Below are positions 13,880 to 29,055 of a stretch of 64,000 bases of DNA, in pieces. The stretch lies in assembly GCF_006345805.1 (NCBI RefSeq), contig NC_043000.1, positions 54,994,001 through 55,058,000 on the forward strand, read 5' to 3'. The notes below the pieces were generated by a model, which was given only the letters and a program-made list of their open reading frames with translations, was not told the DNA's origin and made no database searches. Each line of letters starts with the position of its first letter. Positions within the stretch are counted from its first letter, which is position 1. Source of the stretch: Octopus sinensis (lineage: Eukaryota). The translations under genes and the position numbers were made by a program.

Positions 13880-16225
13880 CGCTTGAGTATGTGCCTTGTC
13901 TATTGCCGCAAAACAATACCTGAACGACATACAAAAAGCAAATTAATCCGAAACAACGAAGAAGATGCCATCATGGGTTTTGAAGACAGAGAAAGCTTGC
14001 TTATTTACGGAAGACCATCAGCCATGCAACGATGCTTATTGCTTGCAAACAAGCAAATCACTTTATCTCGCCAACGAAAGGCGAAAGAGATAGAAGTGAT
14101 GTTTGGAGATAGCAAAATTGAACACTTATTTAAACTAATCAACCCCAAGAAAGGGCTAAAAGCTGTCAGTAGAAAACTCTGACATCAGAAAAGAATTACC
14201 GGAAAAAAAGTAAACAAAAAATTCAACCGGAACTAGCTAGCAATGTACAAAGGCATGAGAGAAGAAACAGAAAACATCATAGAAGCTCATTCACGAAGAG
14301 ACATAGATTTCTTTTGGTCGAAATTTTAGAGTGAAGAGATGGAGTTTAACCGAGATGCTCTGTGTTTGGAAGAATTTCGAAGAAGTTATTGCCCCTGCAT
14401 ACACCGAAGGTCTATAGTATTGATGGTGACACCCTTGTAACAATAATCCAGAATCTTGAGAATGGAAAACACTTTATTGTTGGATACTGGTACAAGAAGC
14501 CATAACTTACCAACATATACCAGCAAGCCTGTAGTGGAAATAGTAACATACCACACTGGTTAGCTCTGGCAGAGAGGAAACTGATTTCCAAAAGCAGAAC
14601 CACCTACATACCAAACAATTACTGGCCAACAGCAAGTCAGAACTTAAAGTAGAAAATACATACAACATGTTAAAAGCTTTTTTCTTCAAGACCAATCGGA
14701 AAATAATAATACCCTCACAACAGAACAGGCAGCTAAGAAGAAGTAAGTGCGGGGATGTGTCAAGCAATCATTAATAAACAAAACTGTAAGGTAGTGGTAC
14801 AAGAGCATAGGAGGAACATAGTTTCAATGTGGCTGGACTGCAAGAAAGCCTTTCACTCTATCCCCCACTCATGGATGCTAAATTTCCATTAAGCATTGTC
14901 AAAGTCATAACTCACCTGACTTCATCGTGGAAAATAAATACCTGACTTCATTGTGGAAATTAAATACAACGTGTGATTGTTTATCACTGATAGAATACAG
15001 TATCGTAGAGGTATATTCCAAAAGGGACAACCACTCTCTGATGCAGTATATATTTTCTGTAAACCATTTGTTATTCATGTTGACGAAATCTGACGAGTAT
15101 CTTACCGGTTCACAAGGTAACAGAAATACCATAATTGCACAGTCTCTATTTGGCTGACTTGAAACTATAAGGAAAGAATATGCATTAAATGAAAAAAAGA
15201 GCCTTTGACCTGGTTACAACATTCTCAACTGATATAGGGTTGGATTTTGGTCAGTATAAATGTTGCTATATGGTTGTGAAAAAGGGAAACGGTAAACCAG
15301 ATAGCAGTATCTCCATCAATAATGTAACTGTTTCCCCCATTTTTGATGAGAAATCTTAAAGGTAACCAGGAGTGATTGAAAACATAGATTACGATGGCAC
15401 CAGTAACAAGACACGTTTCACTAAAGAATATTACTAATGAATAAAGAAAACTTGAACTACAGAACTCTCTGCATTCAATGAGACACTGACCTGCAATGTG
15501 CTTGTAGTGCCAGTATTCATATCAACATATGGGCTGCTTGATCGGATGCTTGAGGAGATCCAAGCTATTGATGTGAAAACCCGGAAGATACTAACCAGAA
15601 AAGATAATTTTCACATCAACAGTGACGTAGACCGCCGTACCTAAAACGAAAACAAGGGGACAGAGTCTTAATGTCAATCCAGACTGCGTTTGGATATCGT
15701 ATCATATCCCTTCGGGAACATCGTTTCACCACCAAGTGTGGAAGTATATCCTATGACAAAGTTAGCATACATGAGTCTGATAACAACATGAGAGTTGGAA
15801 AGCAGATCCTTGAGGAGATTCCTTGTCTGATAAACCTAAATACATGCCCAAAGAAGTCGGGCGACTCTACCGCAACATACCATCAATGAAGGGATGAGCA
15901 TATGTCAGCAGAAACCATGCATGAATATGATCCAGGATGGTAGTAACATTAATTATCAAAGCAACAACCCGTTTACGTTGATCAACCGGATTACTACCAC
16001 CCAAATTGAACGGTATGCGTTTGCAATCAAGGAACAGAAAATGTTAACCAAATACCGGATGCACAAAAGAGACAGAGGCGCAGGAAAAGCAAAAAAAAAA
16101 ATTAAAATGGGATAATCGATGCAGACTTTGTGAAGTTAACGCCGAAGATATCGCCTACATCATAAACAACTGTCCCAAAATGTTATCATGGTATTATCCA
16201 CCGATGAGACAAGATACTATCGCTC
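13880..16225 (+). mobile_element. Decayed R4-like LINE (third family), cut off just after the CCHC knuckle
   Basis: FFWSKF (about 14310), VGYWYKK (about 14480), NYWP, TTEQA, SMWLDCKKAFHSIPHSWML (14822-14880), IFQRD, DIGLDFG (about 15230), AIDVKTRKILT, NFHINSDVDR, YAFAIKEQ, CRLCEVNAEDIAYIINNCPK..MRQD (16118-16215). Confidence 0.85.
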
Positions 16226-16229
16226 AGAC

Positions 16230-16336
16230 ACGCAAAAACATATACACGCACACACACAGACACATGTGATGCATGTATCCATATATATATGAATATATAT
16301 ATATATATATATACGCGCAAACACACACACGCACAC

Positions 16337-16421
<85 letters not shown>
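16230..16421. repeat. (CA)n/(TA)n compound microsatellite
   Basis: Direct reading. Confidence 0.93.
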
Positions 16422-16426
<5 letters not shown>

Positions 16427-16949
16427 TGAAAACCAAGAGGAGAGTGGAGATTTATTCACATCCAAAAGCTTTTTACTGAAAGGTTTTCCACAGCATAAAT
16501 AAAAATAGCCAACATACGTTTCTACTGCAGCAACTACACATTGCTCTGTATGTAATTATGCATTCTAATCAGCGCAATTTCAACAAAGGTCCATCAATTA
16601 CGATGTTTTCAAAATGAACTAATTCAAACAAGATTGTTATTCAGTTAAATGTGATATCGTTACCATTTAAATCGGATTGAATTCTGGTCTTATAGTCACC
16701 TCCACTGGTATTACAGTCGAATCGTGGTTTTAGAATGTTTATTTATATTAAAATTAATTGTAGCAGTTTTGGCTACATTTTACTGTATGGAGTACATTAA
16801 TTATTCACAGGTATTTCCCTTATTTTGGGTTTATACCAATTAATGTTATTGTTATTATAATTATTTTTATTAGTCTTATTTGTTATAAATTATCACAATC
16901 ATTACATACACATGCACACACACAAACACACACATAGGCACGTATATAT

Positions 16950-17090
16950 TCATTACTGTCGAAGAGCGTAGGCTCGAAGCGTCTTTTCCATTTCTCTTGC
17001 GCTTGAAACTAATACAATTTGTTGTTCCTTTAATTGTCTCGGACATTCTTTTCTTTTGTGTTTCTTCCTGAACGCGTGATCGCGCGCGCA
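16950..17090 (+). mobile_element. Degenerate copy of the hammerhead-bearing repeat module seen at 62090-62297 and 63250-63420
   Basis: CTGTCGA-A-GAGC-GTAG-GCTC-GAAG-CGTC at 16956-16983, then AAACTAATAC..TTTGTTG as in the other copies. Confidence 0.65.
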
Positions 17091-20000
17091 CCTGTGTGTG
17101 TGTGTGTTTTGTTTATGTGTGCTTGTCTGTGTGTGTGTGTGTGTTTACATATATAGCTTGTCATCCGTCCTGTGCGGACAGAAAATCTTCCTTCAAGCAT
17201 CTATTTGTTACGCTTTATTGCATTTTTGTTTTGTATTCAGAATAAGAAACGTTGTGTTCTCTTTGCAATTCCCTTTTGAGTTCGAGTTGTCAGAATTCAA
17301 AACTTTATAACATCCTAATTGTATGAAATTGCATCGACTGTTTTTATTCTTCACATGATTACTTTTTGCAACAATGAAACTATGTATAGATTACGCACGA
17401 TGTTGTGACTGTATGTTTAGCTAAATTTATATTCAAAGGAGTCTCTATAATATTGTGATTACAACGACAAAATGATCTATAATATATAACAGTTAAACGA
17501 TAGCATTACAGATAGTTTTATGTTTAGAATATCTTGATATGTATGCTGGACAAGATTTGTTAACGTACACAAAAAACTAATTGATTTTCGTCAAAAATAT
17601 TTCCAACAATCTATATAAAATAGCAGGTAAATTACCTTCAAGCTCAAACTCTATAATCTTTAAGACCGAAATGTCTCATTGTAACAAATAATTTTTTAAA
17701 GTTTTGAATTGTCCTACATTTTTGCATAGATGTGTTCAATCCAGCTTATTGACTCGGAGGTAGACTGCAAAAAATCTTCAATCTATTGTCGAGGAATCCA
17801 AGGTTGTACTGTTCTGTAGTACCTAAAATTTATTATTGTTTATTGTACTTCCTATATTGAAACACTACTGTTATCGTCTACACCCTTCATGATTTATTCT
17901 ATATGTGCCACTATGATAAATAAATTTAAGATTAGACATACACCTCTTTATAGACGGTTTGTCTCTAACACTATTCAAATATAATTGATAATTTCAGACG
18001 ACTCATTTGTTTCGATATTTAAGACATGTAAAGTATTTATGTGTGACGGGGTTAAACTAAATAATCTCACGTGACTTTTCTAACAACATGCATGATCATT
18101 TTCATGTTAATTTGTAAGGAAAATGTATTCGTATAAAACAATATTAAAATGTCTGATAGTACATGTATACTGATATAACAATTCCTAATAATTTCTGATG
18201 ATAAAAATTGTCCATAATCCTAGAAGTTCAAAGGTATGTTGAATTCCCTTCCCAAACAATGAATCTTTGTGAAGGAAACAAATTTAACAATGATGTGTCT
18301 GAAAACAATAGATTTCTCATTCAGCAAGAAATATTCGATAATTTTCCATCTAAACATCTAAAGTTGATTTTTTCATTCTCGGAATTACAATGCAGAACAG
18401 TTTCACTGAAATTAAACATTGCCTATTGTTTTGAAATTAGACGGATGAAGAAAAACTTTGGATTAAATCTTTAAAAGAATAAAACGTTGTGAAAAACCGT
18501 CTTCAACTGATGTGTTCATATCATACAATGACAATTTAAGTTCTGATATTTTGGAGAAAAAGAAACCTATAGATTAGTCGTAACAAACAACATAAGAATT
18601 CGATTTTAAATATCTCTATATCTTTACGTTTCAATTCAGTTGTTTACATTTTTTACGAATATTCTTTTTATGCATAAATCATGTGACGTCAGATGCATTA
18701 ATGAAGAGTTGTGCCATTCTGAAGTAAATACACTATTAGTGTTGTTTTTATAATTGCTGGAATATCAGAGTGAAAATGTAACTTGAAAGCACTTCTACCA
18801 AGCGTGTTTATATATTTATTTCATTTCTTCAAAATATACTAATAAATATACATTAGATATTGTGCGTATTTATTGCATCGATGAAAAAGTGGAGATTAAT
18901 TGTCATAGAACTTATGTATTTTGAAGAAGAAAATATTTGTTATTATATTGTTATAACTTCTGAGCAAGCATTGCGATTAAGATACTTAGTGCTGCCCTTT
19001 ACGGAGGTTATACAAAAATGTCAGTATTCAACTTTCTTATATGGATGTTAGGAAAGAAAGAAAATAAGTATAAATTGAGTCTTCTGAATGATGCTCACAT
19101 GACAGCAATAATTATAATTTTTACTTCAAGACCAGCAATGGCAGTTATATGTATAAAAATGAGAATGGCAGGAAGAAAATATGGTTAAGGTAATGCAAGT
19201 ATCAGAGGAAAATAAATGTGACAAAATCAGATGTAAACTGCAGTAAAAAAAAAGAACACACGCAAATATATTTTCACGAGGCGTAAGTTTTCGGCTACAA
19301 TTAGACTCACATATTGTAGGTGAAACGTACACTAGCAAAAACTAGAAATATTAGTTTCAAAGGAATTGCATGAAGAGACAAGGAAAAGTTTACAGACGCC
19401 AATCATATGACAATGAGTCGTAAAATTCCGGACGGAGGAACCTTTAACGGTGTTATTATTAATTACTAAAAGACACCTACCTCATAGTAAAGTTCCTTTT
19501 TCATACAAAGGTGTGGAATGAAAGACACTATCGTTGAAAACTTTTCAAGATATTCAGTATATTATAGATTTTAAATAATTTTGAACTCCAGGGAAATAAT
19601 AAAACGAGATGTAAAACCTCTCTTCTACCGCGGCTTTTGCTAAGATACGTTCGAGTTCATGGAAACTAACTTTGGCTTGTTTCTTTAGAAGCAATCAAAT
19701 GATTTACTTAAGTGAGAAATAGGCTTTCATATAGCAGCAATGTCAGTGAAATAGGTATCTATTTCATTAAGAATGTAAATAGATTTAAGAGCAGTGTAAA
19801 TTATTACGACGAATTAAAAAAAACGGACATATAACTTATAATTTAACTAGACTATAACTAAAATGACTTCTCCAAAAGGTTGTTCGTGCTGCGATATTTT
19901 CAAGTATTTACAAACTTTTCTATGAGAATAGTGTTAAAAGTGTTAATTATTATAACTAAAGGTTACTAATGGTACTGTAGACGGACACTAAAATTTTGTG

Positions 20001-21020
20001 AGAAATGTAGATCCGCAGTTAGGGTGTATGGGCGTCGTAAACAATATCAGTGAGGGACAGTTTGAACAGTGTGACATATATTTCAGGGTGGACTGGAAAG
20101 TCTGTCTAACAAACTATGAACACACAAGACCGTATGTGTTTGAGTGTTGATTGAAAGATAGAGTAACATACAGGGGAATGGAATCAATCGAGTTGTGTAA
20201 ATTGTTTGAGAGCATGCTAATATACATAACACAAATATCCCTCTAGATACTACACATATGCGCGTGATTACGAGACCTCCAACCAGGAGAGCATTTGCTT
20301 TATGCGACAGCCGTTGAAGATGATTTTTGTTTTATAGATATGGATCCAATTTGATATTCATAATTTATATCAGTCAGTAGCATCTGACGGTAATTATCGT
20401 TGCCATTTAGCAGTTGACGACCTTGTGCAATAGAAATGAATATGTTTTGGTTGGGGAACGAAATAGGTTGTTTATCGATTCAACTTCGTATGAAATCGTC
20501 TCTTAAAAATGGACAATCGTTTCTATACACAATTCAAAGAAGGAAACGAAGTACTATACAGAAGTACATTATGCAAAAAATGGATGCTTCTGTCTTGTAC
20601 GACATCACCCATAAATTCTTAGTGAGTATAGGCATATACATACATTTATTTAGTTCTTATATTTTTCTAAATTTATCTACAAGACCTATAACACCATCTA
20701 ACAATATTTCTGTTTATTTCAAAACAAATTTAGAAAAGATGAGAAAATAAGATTTATGTCTTCCACTTATTCGTCCTTCGACCCGTAATATTTTTAATAA
20801 AAATATATTTATTACTCTTTTACACTCCGACATTATAATTCGAATGATTTATGATTCATTCTAGTAAATATAACACCATATAGAAAAATACTTAATCGGT
20901 TTAATAAATAAGAGTATGTTGAATGACTGAAATTCAAGAAAAATAGATATGATGATTTCATTTTCTCTATTGTGTTTATTAACATTTATGGTAAGTTTCA
21001 AAATTTTCGCATAAGTGCCT

Positions 21021-21021
<1 letters not shown>

Positions 21022-21072
<51 letters not shown>
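21022..21072. repeat. (TG)n microsatellite
   Basis: Direct reading. Confidence 0.95.
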
Positions 21073-21074
<2 letters not shown>

Positions 21075-21469
21075 ATGTTCGTAGTAAAAACTTGCTTTGA
21101 ATATACATGGCCAAACAGTCGAAAATCAGACTAGTTGTTTTGGGAAGAGTATTGTCTTGTCTCAAACAAAACATATAGGAATGAAAGGAAATACGCATAA
21201 TATTTTACAAAAAATATCTTGAATGCAGTCGAGTTTAAATATAACATATTTAATATTAAAGAAAAGATGTTTCCTATCTAATTTATGGCAAATATTCTGG
21301 AGAATATGACTGAACAACTTGTATTTGTATCGACAATAGAAGAAGAGTAATTATCCACGGTAATTCCTCAGTAAAAATAGAAAATACAGGAAATAATGAA
21401 ATTTTAGGGTAAGGGACTTCGAAACTTAAGTGAGTTCCAAATCTGATGCAGACACGCACACATAAATGC

Positions 21470-21555
<86 letters not shown>

Positions 21556-21630
21556 GTGTGAGTATATGAATGTATGAACGTATGTATGTATGTATGTATG
21601 TATGTATGCATGTATGTATGCATGTATGTC
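21470..21630. repeat. (TA)n/(TG)n/(TATG)n compound microsatellite
   Basis: Direct reading. Confidence 0.95.
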
Positions 21631-22808
21631 TGGTGAATAGACTCGTATTCTAGCGGTCAATGTACCAGTTGAAAACGGGTACATCAACTTAGATCATCGA
21701 CACTTAGTTTCCTGCAACAGTTGTTTCCTTTAAAATACGAGAACCACAACAATGATGAAAGGTACTCATCTATGACATCTGTCAAATCAATATGATAAAA
21801 ATCTTTATTCTCTCTCCGTTTGCCCGAGTATCCCTCTGTCACACGGTCAAATCAAGATAATTGTCTAATAATTCAAAGAGTCCAAGTATAGATATCACTG
21901 ACACGCACTTCGCAGACACCAGTGGATTCTGACTCTCTAAACATAAACTCAATGCAATTTTTCGTTTATACTGATCTAGCAATGAACTACAAAAATGACT
22001 ATTTGATATGTTCAAACACTATTCTTAGAACAAGAACGATGAAATCGATGAAATTATTAACGTCCTGGAAATGTAACTACCCTGGGATGCGTAGATTCAG
22101 GGAAAGATTAAAATCAAGCTGTTCTTTAAACCACAGAAATTTTTGAGTTACTAAATATTAACAGTCTACTTCTTCTCATCACCAAATACGAAATAGGAGC
22201 TCCAGTAATGTTTTACCGATTTACAACCACGGAAATGTTCCCTGCAATAATATTTTGTTTAGGTTCTACAGAAATACTTGTTATTTACTAACTACCATCA
22301 AAGTCATTTACGCTCGAAGACAGCTAATTTTACCGGATTTCTTTGAACCATCTGACATAGTGTTACTATTCTCTTTAAAACGGTTGCAGTTACTGATAAA
22401 TCTTGCATTTGTTAGGTATATAATTTAGAATCAAGGTCAACGCATCAGTGTGGATTGTAATTCTGACTACAGATGTCCGAAACGGACAAATATCTGCTGT
22501 TTTCATATGATTTATTATTCCAACGATTCGGAAAACTTTTGTACATCAAAACGAATTCACCTACACAGCCAGAAACACTCAATGGTGAATACTGAACAAT
22601 TAGTAGGAACATTGCTTATGGTGAAGTGACTTACAGATATGTAAATATTGTCGTATGCATGCATGGATTTCGTACAATTTCGAATAAAGTACAATTAACA
22701 TATACCCTTTTAGATAAATTTTATTAAATTGTCAGATATTAATATCAGTTATTATCAGTTATTTCACCAAAATTGCATAAAATTATCTTGAAATACTAAA
22801 AAATACAT

Positions 22809-23420
22809 TTATTCAATAAAATTATCATTGGCTTCAACAACGTCCTCTAGTCGACTCCAAAATCCCCTGCAACTTTTCTGGACGGTCTCCTTGTTTAAAT
22901 TGGTGAATGCTACCTTAATCCTTGCTTTCAGTTTATCTTTGGTGTTACAAGGCGCTTTGTTGCTCTTTCGCTCAACTGCGCACCACACATAATATTCCTG
23001 GGAGCAGCACTCTTGTGAGCTAGGTGGCCAGATATTAGGAGTGATACAGTCGCAGATGTGGTTTGACATCCAGTGTTCTCCTGCTTGCGTGGCAAGGTGC
23101 AAAGTCTTGTTGCCAGCCATAGGGTCTTCGTTCAGCCACCCTCTTGACCCAGGTCAGCACTACCTCCTCCAGGCACTTGATGTAGGCCTTTGTGTTGAAT
23201 CTGAGGCCGTGTGGGAAGATGAGGGTATAGCGTCGCCATCGCTAGTAATCACTCCAAACACCATGATGCTGATTGCATGTTTGACTTTTAACACTCTCGG
23301 TACATGTTTTGGGGACAATCTGTCCTCTGATTAACACCCAGACATGTTCGTAGCGGAGATACCGACGCGAACGGCAATTCGTTTTGATGTACAAAAGCTT
23401 TCCGAATCGTTGGAATAATG
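22809..23420 (-). mobile_element. IS630-Tc1-mariner transposase relic, DD37D (maT) type, catalytic half only
   Basis: IMVFGVITSDGD, GLRFNTKAYIKCLEEVVLTWVKRV, ITPNIWPPSS..YYVWCAVER, SRLEDVVEANDNFIE*; N-terminal HTH missing. Confidence 0.85.
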
Positions 23421-26016
23421 AAAACAACGAACTGAAAAAATAAGTTTTAGCAAATCATAACAATTTGCATTGAAAAGACGAATTAGCAAATGATAAATAG
23501 ATTACAATTAATAAGCTGTCTGTTTATACGCATAAAACATTTTTCGTCAAATTTATATTGATATAAAAGGAACAGGTATAAGGGAACTGATAAGGTTGGT
23601 AGGACATACCTAGTTTTACATATAGTTATATACCCGTTCACATATAATACTTCTATAGAAATACATTCAATATTCATTCTGTAATTACACATCGTAAATA
23701 TTTATATTAATAAGTAATAACAAATTCATTTATCCTATAGTTGTATACACTTTTACACAAACAACTGTATGCACACACAGTTTTTTTTCCAATTGTATAA
23801 TATAGTAAAATAGAAAAAATAATAATTGATACACGAGTGACTAAATAAGTGTTTCACATAATGTCAATGGTTTCTTCTAAATTCCCAATCGAGATCGTGG
23901 TTATATTTTTAAACAAATTCAGAGTGCTTGTTAATGACATATTCATTGCATAATATGATGCATAGTGTCCTTTCCATCCATAAAACAGCATAATATTGAG
24001 AATGCATTGTACGGCTATGTACTTAGTACCACTGACGATGTCATGTTGTATTGCATCATGCAAGCTCTGGTAGTGAGATATACATCTAAAGTTAAGGCTG
24101 CAAAGTAACAGATTTTAGGATTTTGGTGTAGTGAGGATGTGTCATTGGTCCTCCTTGAAGTGGAACAGTGAAAGGCGCAAAATATGGTAATTGTTAAAGT
24201 TTATCTTTTTGGGACATTCTTCACTATAACTCTTCCAATTTATTTTCCGTTTTGCGATATATGTATAAAATGTGGAGGAACAAAATATTGTCCTCGCAGA
24301 GCATTTGATTCTATTCACCCGAAGATGGGCATATACAGTCTTGTTTACTTCATTCCTTAACTCTTGTATTCTTATTTGCATACCCGGCAAACCTGGTTGC
24401 CTGCCGTGAAATATAAATAACTTTTTACAATTTATTGTACTTCGATAAGAAAACAATCCACATCCTTCCGTCTCAATAAACCACTTTTGTCCCCGAATGT
24501 TGTTTTTGTATTTACTACGGATTGCTTGAAACTAACATTCTTATACCTCGATCCTTGGATCTTATATATGTATAATTAACTGAGAGTATATATACTTATA
24601 GATATATACGTTTATGCTTATATCCACTTTTTCGAACGCGCCTGTGTATATACATGCATATTTTGTTGTTTCTGTTATTATATATATGTTTATGTATTTA
24701 TTTAATGATACAGTTTCAATTAAAGGCCAAATTCCTTTAATATGGTAGTCCAATTTTATAATCCCAGGGACAAGTAATTTAATTCATATATATATATATT
24801 TCATTCATTGAGTGAATTAGTTGCTATGGCGTATATTAGAACTGAAATCATTCCGTCTCTTTTCAGTTCACTTGCACTGGAAACAAATATTAAGAACATG
24901 GCATTCAGTAGTCTGTTATTTGTTATTTTGTTACAGAATATCGTTTACTCATCCAATTATTCGTTTAGTCACACACCCAGTTCTTCATTTTTTATTATTA
25001 TTTAACCATCCCTATACTCGTCGCATTCATTCCAGATACTTGCGCCAATACTCAAAATATCTGTGATTGTGTTTTAGCTTGTATGTGATTGTGATGTAAA
25101 TTATGAATAAAGCAGAATTCTTTAATTTCTAAATAGAAAAGTATCTTATATTTTTACTAATACTGTTGTATATTTACAAGATAAATGCATTAAGATATTA
25201 AATATATTTTCATTATTGCTCTATTGTCTAGCTACTGTTTTTATTCAAAATTAACAAAGAAACTTTAAAAACATATATTGCTATAAACATTTCTTAGCTT
25301 ATTACTAGGCTGGACTGCATATAAATTGAGTTAAAATCCGAAGTCCTCAGCAAAATCGAAACACCAAATATTCTAATATAAATAAAAATAATGCATTATC
25401 TACCCACTGGCAATATAGGATCAGGACTTTTCTGATTGCATTAATAAAATCATAAATCTCTAATAAAATCTACTATTTAAGATGAAGGGACAAGTAAAGT
25501 AGTTTTGTTTAAAAAAATATTTTCGTATCAAAATCAAGTTTACTTAAATCGAAACAGATATGTCACTAGATTGCAAAATTGTATCAATTTATCCAGTTAT
25601 GTCACCATATATTTTGTCTCTGCTTCATAAAGATTCTAACAAGACATAATAAATAAATACTTCAATTTTGATCATTGGCATATTAGTTCAGCAGTAATTT
25701 TTCATTCAGCATATTAGATTTTATACTCGTTCCGTGTAGCAATTGTCACTAGGTGCTTCTTTCCATTTACTCGCAGCACGTTTGATTTTAATACATCACG
25801 AGTATATCCTGTTTGTTATTTAATGTAGTTTACTTCATCTTTCGCAACCACACTATTAATATATTTTTCTTAGCTCAAATTTGTCTACATGTATGCATAC
25901 ACACAAACATACATATTTATATACACATGTTTACATATGTGTGCGTGCGTATCCATATATGAGTGTACACACACACACATATGTATATGCATATATGACA
26001 TACATGAATATATACA

Positions 26017-26066
<50 letters not shown>

Positions 26067-26103
26067 CATGTATATATATATATATATATATTTATATAGA
26101 TAT

Positions 26104-26975
26104 ACTAGCTGATGTACTCGGTAATCCCCGGGAAAGCGGGGCTTATCCCTTGATTCCCTTCTTATAATTGTTTTGCTAAGCCAATAACAACAGTACAAAG
26201 TGCGCAGCCATTAAACCTGTTTTTGTGCATTTACTGAGAATATCGAACTGTCTTACACAGGATCTTTCAGAAAGTCCCAATAAATTATGAATACCTAAAT
26301 TTTGAAGTCAGTTATGTAATAGAATGAAATTAGTTACACGATAGTAAAAATTCAAATAAAGTACCCAGAGTATATAGAACATAGGAGGAAATACTAATAA
26401 AGCATGTATACTAAAATCGGGAAACATGTTACGTAATAACAGGTTAATCAGATGTGAGATGATAACAATTCAAATTGAATAACTCTGAAAAGGGCTTTTC
26501 TGCGTTCCTAGAGATTATTACCCTCAGCGGCGCTAGTGTTGGTATATTTGTGAATAAATCACTTAACGAAATATGTAGAGCTATTGTTTAGCAAAACACT
26601 ATTTACTGGATAAATTGCGAAAATAACTCTAAAAGTTCAAATACTAAGAAATAAGCATACTCAATTTCATTTTTACCAACTTATTTAGGAAAATGAATGG
26701 GTTATTTCTCTTCGCTACATATAAGGATGTCCTCCAGAAGCGAATGGGTTATTTCCCTTGGTTTTTAAACTTAAAGATATTAGAGAAATAAAAGGATCCC
26801 TTCCAGGTGCTCTATTATTGATTTTTACAATAATCTGAGTATGTCATGAAGTTTCCAGACATGATTTCTACTTACGTGTCAAGTTTCATCAAAATCGATA
26901 AAACGATGTAGGAGGTGTAAGCTAACAACTCCACAAACATACTAACAGACAGAATCTTCCACATATGTAGCAGAT
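26104..26975 (+). mobile_element. Non-autonomous Helitron/Helentron-like element (tentative)
   Basis: Starts ACTAGCTGATGTACTCGGTAATCCCCGGG and ends AAGTTTCATCAAAATCG...ACAAACATACTAACAGACAGA, an end pattern resembling non-autonomous rolling-circle elements; no coding remnant seen. Confidence 0.4.
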
Positions 26976-28849
26976 ATTTTTATTGGTGCCCCAAACACCA
27001 ACAATGTTCATCGGAATCGATCAAACCCAGATGTCGCTGTTTAAATCTAAAAACAACAATAGTAGAAACCTGGAACCGCCGACGAATGGTAACCTTATCA
27101 AAGAACTACCCACTCAAAATATTAGGACCAGCAAATGTATATCTTACTAAATCCCTGTCTAGTAAATAATATATGTTATTGTCCTTTACAATGTATCCTC
27201 TTTTTTGCGTGCTGAGTTAGCCTTATATAAATTGTTTTTCTAATTCACTAGTTGTCACCGACCAACAAATGTCGTTGGCTACCACAGCTACACGACTTAA
27301 CATCGAAGACTATTATTATGACGACGTCCGTGCTCATGACACAGTTTAAGCCTGCTAGTCACAGAAATCCACACCACTCATGGCTACAGTCCTTGACCCG
27401 AACATCTCACAAAACCTGCTGGACTGTTTAGCATGGTGTAAATATTTCTTTTTTCTCATTCGCAGTAACGACCCCTTGTTTTTTCTAAGGATAACTAAAC
27501 ATTTGAGATTAGGAACTCCAAAAAGGCATATTCTATTTGTATCTCATCTCTCAAAGCAACTAAAGTATATCTTTGCTATATTGTTGACAGTCAAGCCGAA
27601 ATATAATATCATTACACGCTCACTTACAGTTACACATACATACACATAAATGTTTGTACGAACATGTTCGTGTATGTTATACATAACTGGCAACATGGTC
27701 ATTTTCTATCCAGATGATGTTCGCCAAGTCGTGCTGAGTAGAAAGAAACCAGTTATGAGTATGTTTGCAATATATGTGGCTCACAGATTGTTTGTTAACA
27801 ATTTCAACAGTTACACTCACTTCTATTTCTTACGGATGTTTGTTTTCCAAATCGAACTTTCACATCATAACATGATTCTGATTAGTTTTATATGAAAAGG
27901 CAATTGCATTGTAGAGCTTCGGTTATTCATATCTAAACCTAACAATACTTCATACAAATATTTTTTTTAGTACAAATATAAATACACCTAAATTTACGAT
28001 GGAATCAATATGGAAAAAATATCTATGCAATGTAGCTTCCGAGAGCTAAATTTAAAGATGAAAATGTGAAAGTCGGAGCTGGAAAATTCTTCTGAGAATA
28101 GAAGATTAAGTTCTTTCCAGAAACCATATATACGGTAGAGGTAACTTGAGATATCACATGATGAAAAATCGTTGGCTGCCGTTTTAGATAAAAAGAAATA
28201 TGAATTGTATAGCTTCTTCATTTATTCATATCTATATCTCACATTTCTTTATTCTAAACTTTTCATTGCAAATTTATAAGTTCAAGCACACTTATATATA
28301 TGTAAGTGTGTTTGTATTTGTTAATATGTATATAGGTATGCACTCACATGTACACACACATATACACACATGCATGCTTGTACGCACAGACACACATACA
28401 CTCACGCACACATAAATATACATATTCATATACATGTATTTAAATGTCTGTAGTTGCAGTAAAATGTATATCTTGTGTCTATGATACGCTTCAGTTTTGC
28501 ACTGTATTCCATATATCGCATTATATTCATGATTAAATGTATGAATATTAACTCAATAAATCCATTGAGACACTTGTTTTTACGAGCTGAACTATTGGCT
28601 CGTCAAAATACGAGCATATATACGTACGCACAAAGGCACACATGCGAACTCACATGTTCACAAACTCACACACTCATACGCACACGCACACACATACTTT
28701 TAGGAATGTTTAAGATCATTATTTTTAAGTAATTTTTCGAAACAACAGATAATTGGTGGACATAAACAGCATTATCGTAAAGTTATGTTTCACGGGTGTT
28801 TGGGCTTTAATATATATGTTACCGTATGTATGGGTGAATGCATATACCT

Positions 28850-28921
28850 ATATACAGAACATGCATGCAAACATAAATACATTCACACACACATATATAT
28901 AAAGATGTATATGTATATATA

Positions 28922-28966
<45 letters not shown>

Positions 28967-29055
28967 CATGTATGTTTGTATATATATATATATATATTAT
29001 ATATATATATATATATTTACACCATGTTTGTATGTATGTATGTATATATATATAC
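28850..29055. repeat. (TA)n-rich compound microsatellite
   Basis: Direct reading; a second such tract lies at 29480-29610. Confidence 0.9.

Noticed and set aside
24290-24360. RAFDSIHPKM, similar to an RT KAFDSI motif
   Set aside because: Single short motif with no other RT motifs in register; too weak to call a LINE.
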